DNA of 64,000 bases, taken from the NCBI GenBank assembly GCA_002633005.1, contig NMRA01000467.1:200723-264722 (forward strand). The letters run 5' to 3'. Position 1 is the first letter of the stretch. Each line of letters starts with the position of its first letter. The notes below the pieces were generated by a model, which saw nothing but the letters and a program-made list of their open reading frames with translations, was not told where the DNA came from and made no database searches. Below are positions 48,501 through 59,135 of the stretch, in pieces. A program made the position numbers and the translations under genes. This DNA is from Phoronis australis (taxonomy: Eukaryota > Animalia > Phoronida).

Positions 48501-51500
48501 ACAATCTTAGGATCTGCTTGCCTATGCGGCCAGCTTTTTAACTTGCCCATCGGGCAAGTATTTTTCAAATTCCACTTGCCCGACGCAAAATCTACATGTA
48601 CACGGGCAATCGGGCAACCGTTAGTGTTGAGCCCTGTGCATATGGTGAAAATTTACAATAAATTCTGAACAACCTTCGTGCAGATTACTTTTATGTGAAG
48701 TGACATTACCCCTTCAAATTTCCAAATTAAAAGTGTTAGGTCATTAATCTGAGTGACCTTCATAACAGCCCAGTGCACAGCAGGAGTGGTGACCTACTTA
48801 GCTCAGCGCACAGGGAAAGTTGCCTGAATAGAGGCTTAGCAGAATAAGGGTTAAATGACTTGTATGCTGAACTTCTGAAATGTCCTAAAAATACAGCATG
48901 ACATTTTGAATTGTGAACTGCTTAATTTTCAATACATAGTTGAAAGGAAAACAAATCAAAATGGCGTCATACCTGACATGGAATCATGATGTAGTGCAAA
49001 CCATTTGTTGTGTTTCCCAACTTGATCCATTACGTCATCGCAGATTTCTAGGAACTGAAGGGGGATACCACTGACTTCCAAGTGCAACTCCTCATTATCC
49101 TGTCGGAGATCCTGCACAGCACAAACTTATATGCTTAAGGGTCGCCTATAACAATCAACTTTTTCAAAAGCGTATAAAACATGAAGGGGGAAGGCGGAAA
49201 CCTTCCCAGGTAGAGACTGTACAACTCCGACTGACTGTTGACATATAATAGCGACTAATCAGAATATATGCTTGAACTTTTACTTAATAGTCTTATCAAA
49301 TGAGATTTTATGATCGTGTATTACTAAGGTATGAACCTTTAACAAAAATGTTGCAGAATCAAGTCGAGTTTTCCTTCCTATGCAAGAAGCTGTAAGGCCA
49401 TCTAGTGGTTAGGCAGAGAACTAGCGCGAGAGAAGGGATGAACAGCTGATGAGTACACTTTTACAAATTTCTAAAAATGTTGGTGAAAATCATTTAATAT
49501 ATATGGGAAGAAATCCAACATTGTTGGAAGTACTCTTGACAACATGGAGGAGTTCTGCCAAAAAGAGGACACAGTGTACAGGGATCAATCTAGAAAAAAC
49601 GAGGCTGAGTCAATTGAGCTACAGGGCATCAAATCAATGAGCTAATACTTAAGACTTTGACCTACCGGTCACCTTAGTCGAATTTCTGTCCTTTTTCAAT
49701 TTTGGGGTTATGGCATTTAAACACGCATGATTTCGTATACTACCTCAGTATGTTACACAATTAGTGATTCATCTAAATAGCTAAATACACTTCAATTTAA
49801 CCAAACACACATTGCAATATGCTAGACCCCATAGTGTTGTTGTTTTGATCAGCTAATCTGCATTGTAGTAGTATAAGATTTTGAATGCAATGTGTTTCAT
49901 TCAAGACATCATGTGAAACTGTGACAGTCCCATTGGCTCAAGTTAAGCAATGGTAGCGCGTCAATCAAAGTTTTTGTGACAGACACGCTCTTAAAATTAT
50001 ACCTCAGTGTACCTTTTGAAAATGTTACTAATCATATCAACAAATAAGCATTATCTCAGTGTTACCAGACGTTCATCATACAGCCTATCATACTGCAGTA
50101 CTTGCTTTTAATCAAGTTTTAAATAATTCCATTAATCACACACAAACTACATCAGACAAGCTGAGAAGATCAAATTGTTGGATTAAAAATGGGAGACGCT
50201 TTCCTTAAAAAATTAGCTGAAGGCACCGACAATCTGTTCTGGAAGGAAGTTTTAAGCGATGTTGTGCTCCTGTTTCAAATGTGTGACAAAAATGAAAATA
50301 TTATTTACTCTCCCCTGTGGTATAATTCAAAGATTAAAGTTGGTAGAAAATCTATTTTCTACAAGACCTGGTATGAAAGGGGAATCTATCGTGTGTGTGA
50401 TTTGTTTAATGCTGAAGGTTCTTTTATGTCATACGAACAACTTTGTAATAGTTATAACTTTCAACCTCCAATACTAGAATTCTATGGATTAAGAAGTGCA
50501 ACCTTTGCAGCGTACAGGGGTCTTAAGAATAGACAAGACAACATCTTTTTACCAAATTTTCCAAATTATATGTATAAAATTTTACATAATAAATCACAAG
50601 CGGTAAATATTTATGACACCTTAGTACAGTCACTTCAGACAGCTTGTAAGTATAAAAACAAGTGGTCATCTGAGATAGATATAAACGGTGTTATAAATAA
50701 TGTAAATTTTAGTGACTCTGATTCATGGTGGAGAAAAGTAAATAAACTCCCCTTCAATTGTACAAAAGATACAAAATTGCGTTGGTTTCAATACCGCTTA
50801 ATTCACAGAATATTGCCAACTAATAGTTATTTACATAAAATTAAAATAAAAACAAGTGATTTATGCTCTTTCTGTGGTGAACACAGTGAAACTTTTCTCC
50901 ATCTGTTTTGGGAATGTCGTCTTGTCTCCGTTTTCTGGCTCCTGTTTACTGACTGGTTAAAACAAACATATCATGTAAATTTTCATGTGGACAAGATAGC
51001 AGTGTTTTTTGGGAAACATTCAGTCGGAAAATTGTAATATTAATTTGCTGATCATGCTAGCAAAAAATTACATATTTAACCAAAAGTTTGTTAAAAAAAT
51101 CTTAATTTCCAATTGTTCATAAACTTTATTAAATTACATCCTGAAGGAAATACGGTACTTGTTGAGTAATGATTTAATTTAATGTTATTTTTTGTAAACG
51201 ATGTATAGTATATTGCTTGATTTGACTTGTAATTATCATGCTAGAGCAAAAAAAAATTGTTGGATTAAAATTAATGAACAATGGTGAGTTTTCTGGAGAA
51301 GACTCTCATTAAATGTTCACCTTGACTTGTTGCTGAATAGCCATCATCATTTGAACAGATCTCCTTTTCTCTGTATATTCAGCCTCAAACAGTCTCCTCC
51401 AGTGACCTGACTTTTCCTTCTGAGACTTCAACTCACTCTGCAGCTGAGCCAGTTTTAAGTAGAGCATTGCATTTTCAGTTTCCAATGCCACGATTCTCCG

Positions 51501-53791
51501 TTCTTTTTCCTGAAATAACAGAAGAAATGAGGAATGCAGAGCGTTGATATGCGCCCATGATTTTTTTGGTGCCCACAGCTGTGAAGTTAATTCAATAGGA
51601 ATGTGAAAAATTATTTGCATGTCCAAGAGTGGAGTTGGTGTGCAAAAATTGAAGAAAGCTTAACCCTCCTACGTTTCATCACTTTTTAGTCATGGTTAGT
51701 CATGGTTATTCATGGTTAGTCATGGTTAGTGGTGAGTCTAGGATGAACTTGTCTTTGTATCATCATGAAATTTGTGCTCTAACTGTGATTTGAAACTTCA
51801 GTGTTTTTTGCATCCTCTAACTTATGTTTTAATTGCATACACTTCATTTGTAAAATTTTATAATGCCATGTAGGTAGCACTAGTAGTCACCAGCTTCTTT
51901 TTTGACAGATTATTTAATCATTACTGTTCTTCCTCCATGAGGTTGCATACATGTCATAACAAGTTATCGGAACTGGTGTCATTTCGTTACAAGTTTTTAA
52001 TATTTTAACACCAGCAAACCAAACTTCAGAATAATCTCTGCAGTTGCGAAGATGGCTTCGTCTCCTGAGAGATGTCCCAAAAAATTAGGAAATGGTACAT
52101 GCGTGTCTCGCGAACATACTGTTTTCAAAATGATGACAGACTTTATTTTGTCACAAAAGGCAGAGAATTAGACAAAAAAATGACATTTATTAGATTGTCT
52201 TTTACTTCTATGGTTGTAACAGGCAAGGTGTCAGTTGACTCCCAGATTTTGCATGCACCCCCACCGGTCGTTAGCTCTACATGTTGATTTAGTTTCGCAA
52301 CAAGGTGACGAGCAGAACTAACGAACATCAACACACTGGTACCTAGCTGTACCACTGTGTGTTGAGCTCTGACAGACCTCGAAATTGCACACATGGGCAG
52401 TTCTGCTCGTCACCTCGCTCTGAAATTTGTATCAACATGTAGAGCTAAAGACTGGCAGGGGTGAAAGCAAAATCTAGGAGTCAACTGACACTCACGTTGC
52501 ATGTTACAGCCGTTTAAGTGAAAACAATGATATAAATGTCATTTTCTTACGTAACTCTCCGCCTTTTTGTAACAAAGAAAAATATGCCATTGTTTTGAAA
52601 ACAGTAAGTATGCTTGTGACACACGCCATTTCCTAAATTTTCGCGACATCTCATTGGAGATGACGACAGCTTCGCAACAGCAAAATTTGTTCCGAAATTC
52701 AGTTTGCTGGAATCAAAATTCTAAAAATTTATAATTAATTGAAATCAGTTCCAATAATTTATTTTGACGTGTACACAAGCTCATGAAAGAACAAAAGTTG
52801 AATTACACTGCGCTTTCACGCGCAGAGAAATGAAGAATTGGCGAAACAAGAAACTGGCCAATAGGTGACGCGGTACTAGTATTTGATGGTGCCGAAACGA
52901 AAGCCAACGCAAAAGATCGCACCACAATTTTAGAATCGTAATAATGGTAGAACAACAATTTTCCAACATCGTTAAATAATTTAGTTTACTCAAGGAAGAG
53001 TGTAGTATTTCAACGAGACTAATTTTGAGTCAGATTTTATCTGCTCAACCCACAGCGGTGCAAAGTTGTATATTTACTATATAGGACTGACAGCTTTGCG
53101 TCAAGACAAGCTATGTCTATGCAGATGCGTCCGCAGCTTCTAATCGTCCCCAATACACTGCATTATAGTAGTAAATATATAGTGTACTGGGGAGGATTTG
53201 ACAGGTGAGTCTGATGCCTGCTGGCCATTAGGTGACGCAATATTTCATGGCGCCGAAAGCCGTCGAAGATCGCTCCACAACTTTAGCAGCAGAATAACGG
53301 TAGAACCACAGGCGTCCTCAGCTTCTGATCGTCCCCAATACACTACATTATGTAGTGTATTGGGGACGATCAGAAGCTGAGGACGCCTGTGGGTAGAACG
53401 CCATTTTTTCCAACATCGTTAAATACTTTAGTTTACTCAAGGAAGACTGTAGTTTTTAATGACACTAACTTTGTGTAGGATTTTATCTTACCACCTTTTT
53501 ACCCACATCGGTGCAAAGCTGTATATAATGTAGTAATAGCCGAGATTACCCGACCCGGGGATCGAACCAGCGACCCCCATAAAACCGGCAAGCGTGCTAA
53601 CCATTCAGCTAATAGGCAATTGCCCGTTAGCGACTGAGTAGCTAACAGAGGCTCATATAATTCACCGGAAGCACATCTACAACAATAATACATGAATGAA
53701 AAAATGAATATTTCTATTTTACCCGAATTTCTGCCCCATATTCTTGTGACTTTCTAAGGAATATCTCCAGCTTGTCTTCTGAGTTCGGCAT
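33553..53791 (-). CDS. KIF25: Kinesin-14 family motor KIF25-like (C-terminal motor; switch-II exon missing from the assembly)
   Basis: Exons: 53723-53791 (putative first, [23 protein letters not shown]), 51321-51509, 48973-49111, 46176-46279, 45674-45762, 44526-44568, 43341-43393, 41024-41098, 40149-40298, 38670-38831, 38098-38282, [missing], 34085-34240, 33553-33836. Motifs include [14 protein letters not shown], the P-loop [12 protein letters not shown], switch I SSRSH and [19 protein letters not shown]. The tail LCVSPSQR...[14 protein letters not shown] is typical of KIF25. Confidence 0.88.
34635..34968. repeat. 43-bp minisatellite (~8 copies) ending at the gap
   Basis: ggaatacctaccgacacattcactatttggtaatcttaaaact recurs at 34655, 34698, 34741 and onward. 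Confidence 0.95.
34970..35097. repeat. 51-bp minisatellite (~2.5 copies visible) starting at the gap
   Basis: ccttgtctagagcaataatgaactgt... at 34970, 35021 and 35072. Confidence 0.9.
36235..38010. mobile_element. Helentron/DINE-like repeat, long copy with an internal higher-order tandem array
   Basis: Ends ATGTGGGCACATAAAAA like the copy at 6093. Three alternating degenerate subunits (~435-bp higher-order period), each starting aaaa(t/c)tGCCACTAG. Confidence 0.6.
39042..39835. mobile_element. hAT-like MITE
   Basis: Perfect 13-bp TIRs cagggctgccaac / gttggcagccctg. No convincing TSD. Confidence 0.65.
41224..42887. mobile_element. Kolobok/T2-type non-autonomous DNA transposon
   Basis: TTAA TSD at 41220-41223 and 42888-42891, with perfect TIRs aggagaatgccacc / ggtggcattctcct. 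Confidence 0.85.
44720..45465. mobile_element. Diverged copy of the Helentron-like subunit repeat
   Basis: Shares gtcactagagggcacc, atctgccaatttt and cgtcgacgcat with the 5324-6093 copy. Confidence 0.5.
46426..48850 (+). mobile_element. piggyBac-derived non-autonomous element with an N-terminal transposase remnant
   Basis: TTAA TSD at 46422-46425 and 48851-48854, with TIRs cccttatcctgc / gcagaataaggg. ORF 46691-46975 has the acidic [15 protein letters not shown]...DGDSD stretch typical of piggyBac transposase N-termini. Confidence 0.8.
47345..48636. mobile_element. hAT5-like MITE nested in the piggyBac element
   Basis: TIRs cagggctcaacattaac / gttagtgttgagccctg, 5-bp TSD tgcat at 47340-47344 and 48637-48641, and subterminal acttgccc/gggcaa repeats. 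Confidence 0.8.
50189..51253 (+). mobile_element. 5'-truncated Tx1/L1-clade LINE (ORF2 C-terminus with zf-RVT)
   Basis: ORF 50189-51037 contains [23 protein letters not shown] and [19 protein letters not shown]-rich tail and a 17-bp TSD aaattgttggattaaaa at 50172-50188 and 51254-51270. Confidence 0.92.
51950..52771. mobile_element. Long degenerate foldback (palindromic) element, ~400-bp arms
   Basis: Matching inverted blocks include ttaggaaatgg / ccatttcctaa, tactgttttcaaaa / ttttgaaaacagta, gtgtcagttgactcc / ggagtcaactgacac and tagctctacatgttgat / atcaacatgtagagcta. Centre near 52350. Confidence 0.75.
53307..53391. mobile_element. 85-bp perfect-hairpin MITE with 8-bp TSD
   Basis: 42-bp perfect arms and a TSD ggtagaac at 53299-53306 and 53392-53399. 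The empty site is preserved in the paralogous segment near 52946. Confidence 0.9.
53547..53618 (-). mobile_element. tRNA-derived SINE head or tRNA pseudogene
   Basis: A box TAGCTGAATGG (53601-53611) and B box GGTTCGATCCC (53558-53568). The acceptor and anticodon stems do not pair well. Confidence 0.6.
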
Positions 53792-54429
53792 ATTTTCGAT
53801 TTTCCGCGTCAAAGCAAATGTAAACTTCCTGTACAGTAAAATCATAGTAACAATAAGTGTTAAACGAACACCAGCGCCCCGGAAGCCACAGTAAGCCTTC
53901 GTTAGAAAAAAGTTGGCCTAAGTAAGTAAGTACGTGAGTGCGCGGTAAGTAGACCAAAATATAGGGGGCTCGAATTTTTGACGATGTTGACCTTTCACTG
54001 ACAAAAAAGCGGGCCGGGAACTAAACGGCCGGCGGGGGTACCATCTTCAGCGCTCTATATTGTACGAGCCCAGCACCCATTTGACGAAGTGGGCAAAAAG
54101 GTCCGCCTCAGACCCTCAGAGCCGGAGAAACAAAAAGTCCGAGAAAACGAAGCAAAGTCAAAAGTCCGACTCGAACTTTCGGCGAACGCACAATACAGCA
54201 CTGACCGTGCCTCGTCATTTTAGTAAACGGTCCGACGGCATTCCCAACCGTGAACTTGTTAGAGCCGGCACCAAAGTTAGGCTCATCTCTCGATCTCAAA
54301 CACTTGATTCAGAGTAGAGTATCGCCGTGGTAAGGACACTGACTAGTCTGTAACTTGAGTCATTGATGTCATGTCTAGTCGGTCAAATTATCAGTCTTGA
54401 CTCAGTTTCCAAGACCCGAGAGGTATATA

Positions 54430-55075
54430 CCCGGGTAGTATAATACAGCCGCATGGGCGCAAAACAAAACAAATGGAGGCGCCACACTGAGTAGTCGAAG
54501 TCGTCAAAATCGTCAAAGTCAACTCAGTCACGGTGTCCGCTGACACTCTCAGAACCGATTGCGCCAATCTAAATCCTAGTAGAATGGTTTCGTTGAGATG
54601 GACTCGAACATCAAAAAATGGCGGTGGTGGCGCACCTCGATTCCATCACTCATGTGACAAAACGGGAGGATAGTATCATTTCACCATAGATATATGGTGA
54701 CTCATCCATTCGAAGGACCTTTGTAGGGTAAAAACTAAAAAATGCCATTTGAGGGGGCACATGCACCTGCACATCCGTCCGAAATTCATTTTCGTCAACA
54801 TCACTGATATAAATACACTTGCTAAATTTCAAAGGGTCCTGCAAACCGTGTTTAGGAGATACAGCGGCCATGGGCGCAAAAAAATGTACACTAGTCAAAG
54901 TCGTCGAAAAATCATCATGAGCCATCTTCTTCATCATAGTAAAAACATATACCGGTACATGCCAATTTTCAAAATCACTGAGCGGTTCGGATAGAGGTAT
55001 GGACGCCAAAAACAGACTCGAAAACAGTAACAAGAGCAACACGGAGCGTTGAAATGAGTCCACTCGGCATAAAAA
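54430..55075. mobile_element. Further diverged copy of the Helentron-like subunit repeat
   Basis: Shares gaggatagtatc, tttaggagatacagc, aaaatcatc, atgccaattttcaaaatca and aaaaacagactcg with 36235-38010. Confidence 0.5.
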
Positions 55076-55548
55076 GGTTTCGGAACCAGAAAACTTGTCA
55101 GCTTGTGGATACATGAAATGTAATGAGAGGATGGCCGGCGGAGCTGTGACCATTTTTCCGTCGAGGTTGTCGAAAAGCTGGCAACTGAACTGAAGCAAAG
55201 TTCTGGCTGCGCAAATCGAGTTAGGCTGCGGGGCTGCGCTTCATTTTGCACGTGCTACGGATGCGAACAGCTCATGGACGGAGGACGGGAAAATTGGTTG
55301 CAACAGAGGATCTGTGTTTGCCGCGCTTTGAAATCATCACCACCCGGCTGCAGAGGTCACGTACACCTCCGAAAACAGAAGGGTGAGTGGCTCAAGTTGC
55401 TGGACCCCGGCCACCGTGGTTGCCGGGGTAGAGGGGTACAGCAACTTGACCCAGTCACGTGACGGACGAATGCCATTAGGGGCGAACTGATTTTGGGGTT
55501 TGACTGACCCTTGAGTGAACCACAGTTGTCAAAAGGTCTCGCATCACA

Positions 55549-55855
55549 TAGGCAGATTTAGGGGGGCCAGGGGACCGCTCCCCCCTTGGGTGCCCCAAAA
55601 AATAAACTAAAGCAAGAATGTGAACAAATATTGAATTCATTAATTAACCCCACCAATTAAAATGCGGCTGAGGGGGGAGCTCAGACCCGATTGCAAGTGT
55701 CCGACTAGCTGCGCAATCGTTTTCCCGTTTTTTTTTTTTTTTTTAGTCCGACGTTGAAGGTCCAGCAACTTTCAGGCTGGGTGCGCGCATGCAATCGTGC
55801 AATTGCCAGAGACAAAATGTTGCTCCCCCCCTTATGATATCCTAGATCCGCCACC
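55549..55855. mobile_element. Degenerate GC-rich MITE (GGCGGATCTAG-type termini)
   Basis: ggcagatttaggggggg at the left end and cctagatccgcc at the right end. Confidence 0.4.
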
Positions 55856-56729
55856 ACCTCAGCAGCCGCTAGCGCAACTTTTAAAACATTTTGCCATGTG
55901 ACAAAGGACGCTGATTACGCGGGTACAACACGAGACCCGGCGTCGACCGGAAACCTTGAAAAGTGGAAAAAGTAATCTTTTTTCTTTTTTTTACGTTTGA
56001 TACATTTATTACAAAAGACAAGTACATATACAAATACACACAACACAAAACAACAACGTACAGGACTGTGCAAAAAAGCGAGAAAGCATTTCTTTAATCA
56101 TTGTTTTTAAGTTACAAAGTGCTACTTAAATTTCTGTTCTGGCATTTGGTCAGCTGTCTGGCTACCTTCATGTTTCAAAAACACATTTGCAATCTTCTCA
56201 TTTGTTTGTATCATTAAATTTTCGTGTGCTTAACGAAGCACTAATATTAAAAGACTCCCTCAAAAATTACGAGATGACACTGATATTCTGCGCTAACGCA
56301 TTAAATACAAAACAAACTATTTGACGCCGCCTAAAATATCAACCCAATTCCGCACAATATGACGACTAACTAAACTAAGTAACCATACGCCGTCATTTTA
56401 CTTACATATTCAAAACCCATTCCGGCGTTGGCGTCTGTGATTGACTCTTCCAAAGACCTTCCACGAACTCATTAACTTGTTCCATTTTCTTCATTTCTTG
56501 TTAAGAGCCATCCTTCTTCTTGATGAAGATCTTCCCATCTCTCACATATACGACTTGATGTCCCTGTTTCACTAGTCCGTGACATTCTGAAAAAATAGCA
56601 GCTTTCCTCTTTGTGAGATTTTCATTCAATGATATGTATTTTTCGCACCGAGGCATGCCTTTGGTCCACTTGTGTAACCGCAAGTGTCGATCTTTTGTTC
56701 AGAAATTCTGTTCGTTTACGATAACTAAT

Positions 56730-57485
56730 AAAACGATGAATGTTTTCAGTCATCCAGTTGGGTCAGTATAAGAAACAATAAATAAATCTACTACAGGACT
56801 TACGGTATGTAGAGATGGCTACGTTGCGTCCTCCTCTCGAGGACTTCATCAGGCCACTGAGTTGTCACGTGACTTGTCATGTGATCCGTCGTACAGTTTC
56901 CGCGGGATTCTCTTCAGCGCCCTCATGATCCCATGTCCTAGGTAAGTGAAACCGCAGCCCCCCCTGTCTATTGAGGCTAGGATTCTCGATTCTCTCGTAG
57001 ATAGCTTCTTTGACCCCTCTCCGAAACCAATTCTCTTCTCTATCCAGGATCTTCACATCTTCCATGGCGAAAGAGTGGTCTGTGGAAGCCATGTGACTAA
57101 AAACTGCAGAATCATAGCAGTCCCCATAACTGGACCTCCGATGCTGGTTGAAACGACTTTTCAGGGCTTGTTTGGTTTCCCCAATATATGCTGCTCCACA
57201 CCCCAGTTCCGAGCATGAAATGCCATACACCACATTTGATGTTTTCTCTTTGCTGGTTTTGTCTTTCACATTTAACAATTGACTCCTTATGGTGTTAACA
57301 GGTTTGAATACAACAGCAATCCCTTGTCCCCTCATATGTGATTTGATCTGATCAGCGATCCCTGGCACAAAAGGCAATGTTACCCTGATGTTTCCCCTAT
57401 TGTCCGGCTGCGTGTTCTGAGGCCTGACTCTGTGCTGAAAAGATGTGGCTACCCGAAGTGGTCATTCCACAAGGCAAACCATGTC
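56730..57485 (-). mobile_element. Penelope-like element 3' fragment (GIY-YIG endonuclease plus pseudo-LTR) with an inverted 5' piece
   Basis: ORF 56877-57377 has VVYGISC...C...YIGETKQ...RFNQH and KEAIY. A plus-strand LKRCGYPKW fragment lies at 57432-57480. Typical GACTGAAAACATTCATC terminus. Confidence 0.88.
56816..56856 (-). ncRNA. Minimal type I hammerhead ribozyme relic in the Penelope pseudo-LTR
   Basis: Minus strand reads tggc-CTGATGA-a-gtcctc-gaga-g-gaggac-GCAAC-GTA-gcca: stem I, core, stem II and GUA cleavage triplet, with the GAAA core changed to GCAA. Confidence 0.75.
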
Positions 57486-57489
57486 TTAT

Positions 57490-59135
57490 TTGCTGCATGT
57501 TGTATCCGGTTTCACGGAGTTCGGCTTCCATTGTCCTTCCTCCGTTTGGACTGGTCTGCCTCGTCGACGACTTCCCTGCGGGTTCCAGGACAGGGCTTGT
57601 TTTGTGATGCTTTTGTCAGCTTTTCTGAGGGTGTGTCCCACCCACCTCCATTTTCGCCGCTTTATCTGAGTCTCTACCCTCTCATGCCCAGTTTTTCGCC
57701 AAATCTCTTCAGTTGTGATTGTATCCTACCATTTAATCTGCAGGATTTGTCTCAGGCATCTACTTACAAAGACCTGGAGTCTATTAACCAATGTTTTTTG
57801 TAATTCTCCACGTCTCTGAACCGTAAAGAAGAACAGACATCACATTAAGGTTGAAGATTCTTAACTTTGACTTGAGTGAGTAGATCTTTGAGCGCCATAC
57901 AGGTTTTAGCATAGCGTGTGCCTGACTTGCTTTGATGCGGGTTTTAATGTCCTCTTCAGTTCCCCCCACTTGTGCTAACGACACTCCCCAGACAAGTAAA
58001 TTCTGAGACATTTTCAATCTCTTCACCGTCCAGAATAACATTGTTTACTTGTCTGCTATGTATACACATCGTCTTAGTCTTCTCGGTGTTGATGAATAGA
58101 CCTACTTGTTTAGCAGTCTCTGACAGTGCGGCTGTCCTTGTGCACAAGTCTTGGAAGCGGTGCGACAGAAGACCTAAGTCATCTGCATACTCCAGGTCAT
58201 CTAATCTTTTCGTAAATGTCCACTGGATTCCTGCTGGCTGGCCCGAAAAAGCAACTCTGGTAACCCAATCCAGTACTACCGGGAACAGCAAAGGAGAGAG
58301 AAGGCACCCTTGCCTGACTCCTGAATTAATAGGGAACGGTTGAGTCAGCTGTCCTTCATGCAACTCCTGACATGTAAAGTCTTCATGAAGTTTTGTAACT
58401 AGCCTGACAATTTTCGCAGGTATACCACTGTGTCTCAGAATTTTTCAGGTAGCGTTTCGATCAATACTATTAAAAGCCTTACTAAAGTCTATAAAATTCA
58501 TGTAGAGGGAGGAATGCCACTCAAGTGATTGTTCGATTATGATTCTTAGAGTTGCAATCTGGTCTGTACATGAGCACTCTTGACGAAATCCTGCCTGTTC
58601 ATCCCGAAGTCTGGTGTCTACGGCGTCCTTCATTCTGGTTAACAGGATCCTAGTGAAGATTTTGTTAGGAATAGAGAGGAGAGTGATACCTTGCAAATTC
58701 TTAGTGTATGAAAGGTTTCCTTTCTTTGACAACAGTCCTCGGGTAGGGTTTCATCACTCCATATCTTGTTCAGAAGGTCGTGTAGGATGGTGACTGATAG
58801 GGGTCCTCCATCGCGAATAGCTTCTGGTGGCATGTTGTCCAGGCCCGGTGCCTTTCCAGTTTTCATAAATTTAATGGCGCTTTGTATTTCAGCTCTACTG
58901 ATCTTGGCGGTCGATATGTCTAAATTGTCCATTGCTGCTTCTTGGGGGGTCGAAGGGCGCGGGATTGTTCAATACACTGGAAAAATGATCTCTCCAAAGT
59001 TCCAACTGTCTCTCAAGATCAGTGATAAGCTTTCCATCTTCATCCTTGAGTGGCTTAGCTATGTTGAAACGTCTCCCGCTAAGCAACTTGGTTGTTGAAT
59101 AAAGGGTCTTGATGTCCCCTTCTGCTGTAGCCTCT
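57490..59135 (-). mobile_element. Degenerate RTE-clade LINE (frameshifted RT pseudogene)
   Basis: Fragments GKAPGLDN, GITLLSIPNK, LRDEQAGFR, FIDFSKAF, GVRQGCLLSPLLF, LEYADD and VLLYGSETW occur in successive frames. Confidence 0.92.
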
